A stretch of DNA of 64,000 nt, taken from the IMG/VR virus record IMGVR_UViG_3300021511_000005, positions 45,479 to 109,478 of that record. One strand, given 5' to 3'. The notes beneath the pieces are model-generated. The model searched no databases, had not been told where the DNA came from, and saw only the letters and a list, made by a program, of their open reading frames with translations. The stretch's first letter is position 1. Each line of letters opens with the position of its first letter. The stretch is from a virus. Made by a program: the position numbers and the translations under genes. Shown piece by piece: positions 61,510-64,000 of the stretch.

Positions 61510-62027
61510 AGACCCGGGATCCCCTTGACCATCCGCTCGCCCACGCTGCGCTGACGAACGTCACGATCGACCAGCACCACATCCGGCCCAGTAACATCTC
61601 AGTGGTGAACACCACGCAGTCGATTGCGCCGCTTCCGGGTGGCCCTGACGATTGGGACATTGCGATCCCGTTCGATACTCAGGTGGTCCGGTTGTCGTTG
61701 CGGTCAGCGTGGCAGACGGATGATGTGGGTGGGATGGGCGGTGTCCACGTCATTGCCGGGAGGACGGCATACCTGCAGGCGTCTAGCTTCTCTCAGGGTG
61801 GCCCGAGCAACTGGAGAAGCGGGGGCTACTTCGGTGTCTTCGCCAAGCCCGCATCTTCGCTGGACTTGAGCCACAGGATCTTCGACAGTTCTGGTAAGAT
61901 TGCGTTGACGGACGTCTATATCGCGCAGACGGGGCCAAGTACGCGAGTGCTCCGGACGAGCTGGACGAACTACGGCGCAAGTTACTTGACTCTCTCCGCT
62001 TATGGAGAGGTCCACATCATGGGATAG
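61506..62027 (+). CDS. paralog 3 of triplet
   Basis: HAALTNVTIDQHH; DVYIAQTG...LRTSWTNYG...LSAYG. Confidence 0.65.
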   Translation: MKTRDPLDHPLAHAALTNVTIDQHHIRPSNISVVNTTQSIAPLPGGPDDWDIAIPFDTQVVRLSLRSAWQTDDVGGMGGVHVIAGRTAYLQASSFSQGGPSNWRSGGYFGVFAKPASSLDLSHRIFDSSGKIALTDVYIAQTGPSTRVLRTSWTNYGASYLTLSAYGEVHIMG

Positions 62028-62029
62028 GG

Positions 62030-63355
62030 ATGGACATGTCCGGACGGTTGCGAGTGCTTGCGATCTGCACAGAGGACCCTGAGGTCCTGCTGGGCGGGAT
62101 GGGCCGTCATTGCCGCGAGCTGTACCGGGCGATGGCCCGCCGGTCGGACGTGGAGATTGACTTCCTCACCGCGGGGCCCGGGGAGCTGTCGAAGGAGTAC
62201 CTGGGCTTCACGAAGCACCGGTGGGCGGAGGTGGTCTCGCAGAAACCCATCGAGCTGGGGCTTCGCCCGGTCCTCCAGGCCGATTTGCAGATGGCCGGGC
62301 GGCTGATGGAGCTGATCGCCAGGGGGAAGCGTTGGGACGTGATCCACGCGCACGAATGGTCTTCTATCCAGCTTGCACATCTGGCCCGGACGGCGCTGGG
62401 GATCCCAATTGTCTCGACGATGCACCTGTGTATGGCGGCGCTCCGCATCTACGATCAACCGCTGTGGGGCGATGAGGGGGCTAAAGAAGACGCGGGGCCG
62501 GAGTGGAGCGAGATCGATCTGTGGGTCGCCAACCAGGAGGGGAAGCTCTTGATTGAGAATGACGCGCTGATTCTCTGCAGCCAGGCCTACGTGGATATCG
62601 CGCGGGAGTTCTATCCGCTGCGAGATCCAGCGGATCATTCAAAGGAACAGGCCTTCATGCTCCCCAAGCCCATCTCCATGATCCACAACGGCATCAATAT
62701 CGAGGAATGGCGTCCTGGGGCTGGTGATGGGGAGCGAGCCCGGGCCGAGCATCAGCTCAGCTCCGGGCGTCCAATTGCGCTATTCGTGGGGCGCATCGCG
62801 ACGATGAAGGGGATCGAATACCTTCTGGAGGCACTCGAGGACGAGGACACCGGCTATCAGGTTGTCATTGCGGGCGAGGTCAACGCGGATGTGGGGAAAG
62901 AGGAGTGGTACGTGACGCGGATGCTCCGCTCCATCGAAGGAAGGCATCCCAAGCGACTGCGATGGATCGGCCACCAGGGGGACCGGCAGCTGAAGGATCT
63001 CTACACGCTGGCGGACTGCTGCATCATGCCGAGTACACATGAACCGTTCGGAATCGTCGGACTTGAGGCCATGGCCATGGGCTGCCCTTTGATCGCAACT
63101 CCGATCGGCGGGCTGAAGGAGATCGTCGTCGACAACGACGGTCAGGAGTATGCGTTGATTATCCCCTCGCACAGTTCGGACGCGATCAACGTAGCTCTGA
63201 AGCAGCTTCGGGAGTATCCCGAGGATCGCGCCGAGCTGACGAAGTTGGGGCTCCGCCGAGTCCTGGCGTTTGATTGGGGGCGCATCGCAAACCAGACCGT
63301 GGAGGTCTATCGTTCGGCAATCGAGCCGAGCCAGGAGGTCGCCGTATGCCTGTGA
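62030..63355 (+). CDS. GT4-family glycosyltransferase
   Basis: LGGMGRH, DVIHAHEW, IHNGIN, LFVGRIATMKG, PSTHEPFGIVGLEAMAMGCPLI, GGLKEIV, FDW. Confidence 0.92.
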   Translation: MDMSGRLRVLAICTEDPEVLLGGMGRHCRELYRAMARRSDVEIDFLTAGPGELSKEYLGFTKHRWAEVVSQKPIELGLRPVLQADLQMAGRLMELIARGKRWDVIHAHEWSSIQLAHLARTALGIPIVSTMHLCMAALRIYDQPLWGDEGAKEDAGPEWSEIDLWVANQEGKLLIENDALILCSQAYVDIAREFYPLRDPADHSKEQAFMLPKPISMIHNGINIEEWRPGAGDGERARAEHQLSSGRPIALFVGRIATMKGIEYLLEALEDEDTGYQVVIAGEVNADVGKEEWYVTRMLRSIEGRHPKRLRWIGHQGDRQLKDLYTLADCCIMPSTHEPFGIVGLEAMAMGCPLIATPIGGLKEIVVDNDGQEYALIIPSHSSDAINVALKQLREYPEDRAELTKLGLRRVLAFDWGRIANQTVEVYRSAIEPSQEVAVCL

Positions 63356-63852
63356 ATCTGACAGAACCCGCTCCGAGCATTGTCATTGACAAGGCCCGGA
63401 TCGCGAACATCGTGATCGAGCACAACCCCTTTCTCGGTCAGTATTGGCTTCTGGTTTACGTTGTCCTGGGGCGGTTGGTAGACGGCGTGTGGGAGCAGAG
63501 GACGGACCCGGAGGACGGCGCTACGGCGTTGTTCTTCCGCATTCAGCCCGGGATCAACCCCCACGCACAGAAGGCCTATCCGGGGCAGCCTGCGCCCGGA
63601 GCTGGGGCCGCGTTAGGCAAGTGCGATACCTGCGGGGCCTGGCACCACCAAGCCGCGGGGGACTGTACCGAGGATGGATGTGCGGGGACGATCCAGCCAT
63701 ATGATGGCTTCGAGCGGCTCTGTCTCGCGGCTCCAGCGGGATCAACCTGCTACGAGGTAATCAAGACGGCGGTCTACAGTTTTCTGACAACGGAGGAGGC
63801 CCCCGATCCGGCGGGCGTGGTTCGCCCGCTTCTCGCGGCTTCGATGGGGTAA
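63346..63852 (+). CDS. hypothetical protein with zinc ribbon
   Basis: AGGAGG RBS; CDTCG...CTEDGC. Confidence 0.6.
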   Translation: MPVNLTEPAPSIVIDKARIANIVIEHNPFLGQYWLLVYVVLGRLVDGVWEQRTDPEDGATALFFRIQPGINPHAQKAYPGQPAPGAGAALGKCDTCGAWHHQAAGDCTEDGCAGTIQPYDGFERLCLAAPAGSTCYEVIKTAVYSFLTTEEAPDPAGVVRPLLAASMG

Positions 63853-63855
63853 CCG

Positions 63856-64000
63856 ATGACGCTTCACGCCAAATCAGGAGTGCAGCGGCGGTTCTGGACG
63901 GAGCCGCTGCACAGCGGCAATCCCGCCACGCCGGTCACGGGGTCCGCCACAATTTTGATTCGGATCTGGCGTAACAGCGACGGTCTGTGGTTCGACTTCA
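63856..64000 (+). CDS. hypothetical protein, truncated by window end
   Basis: ATG after the previous stop; frame open to the edge. Confidence 0.45.
   Translation, partial: MTLHAKSGVQRRFWTEPLHSGNPATPVTGSATILIRIWRNSDGLWFDF

Noticed and set aside
1-64000. Alternative genetic code or stop-codon recoding
   Set aside because: Genes are full length and tightly coupled under the standard code, and all three stops are used.

Overview
This window is 64 kb of a large, GC-rich tailed dsDNA phage genome, with essentially all credible genes on the + strand. All family assignments are motif recognition from memory; no database search was run. (1) 1-19 kb holds recombination and replication genes (SbcD/SbcC, Holliday junction resolvase-like nuclease, ParB-methyltransferase fusion, a phage beta sliding clamp) among many small hypothetical ORFs. 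(2) 19.9-33.2 kb is an accessory region divided into cassettes by seven near-identical ~65-bp elements plus one degenerate copy. Each element reads TTGAC(A)-N16-CAnnAT promoter with an internal TCCGC-N3-GNGG dyad, a GTC-YTCG-GAC hairpin at the predicted +1, and a GGAGGCTC-N2-ATG ribosome-binding site. Several cassettes carry DNA-modification-type enzymes: two PAPS-reductase-like proteins, a C5 methyltransferase and a Mom-like acetyltransferase. (3) 33.2-35.9 kb contains lysis and peptidoglycan genes. (4) 35.9-59.3 kb is a head module (TerL, portal, MuF-like protein, prohead protease, scaffold, Herelleviridae-like major capsid protein) interleaved with four giant multi-module proteins. (5) 59.3-64 kb has further virion-region genes, including three paralogs and a GT4 glycosyltransferase. 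The best candidate for a new system is in the four giant proteins, which look like protease-processed capsid-cargo polyproteins. Their modules are delimited by the same hydrophobic-x-K|[A/S/G] motif that marks the capsid propeptide and saturates the scaffold. Several modules begin with a shared tag: cut site, basic linker, clamp-binding-like Q[LM]G[LF](x)F, then a GW...RR...YRY hairpin. The cargo includes DdrB-type ParB, InPase, LPD29, a TGT/DpdA-like barrel and an unexpected TMEM65-like membrane domain. No CRISPR array, canonical tRNA, rRNA or integrase was seen.
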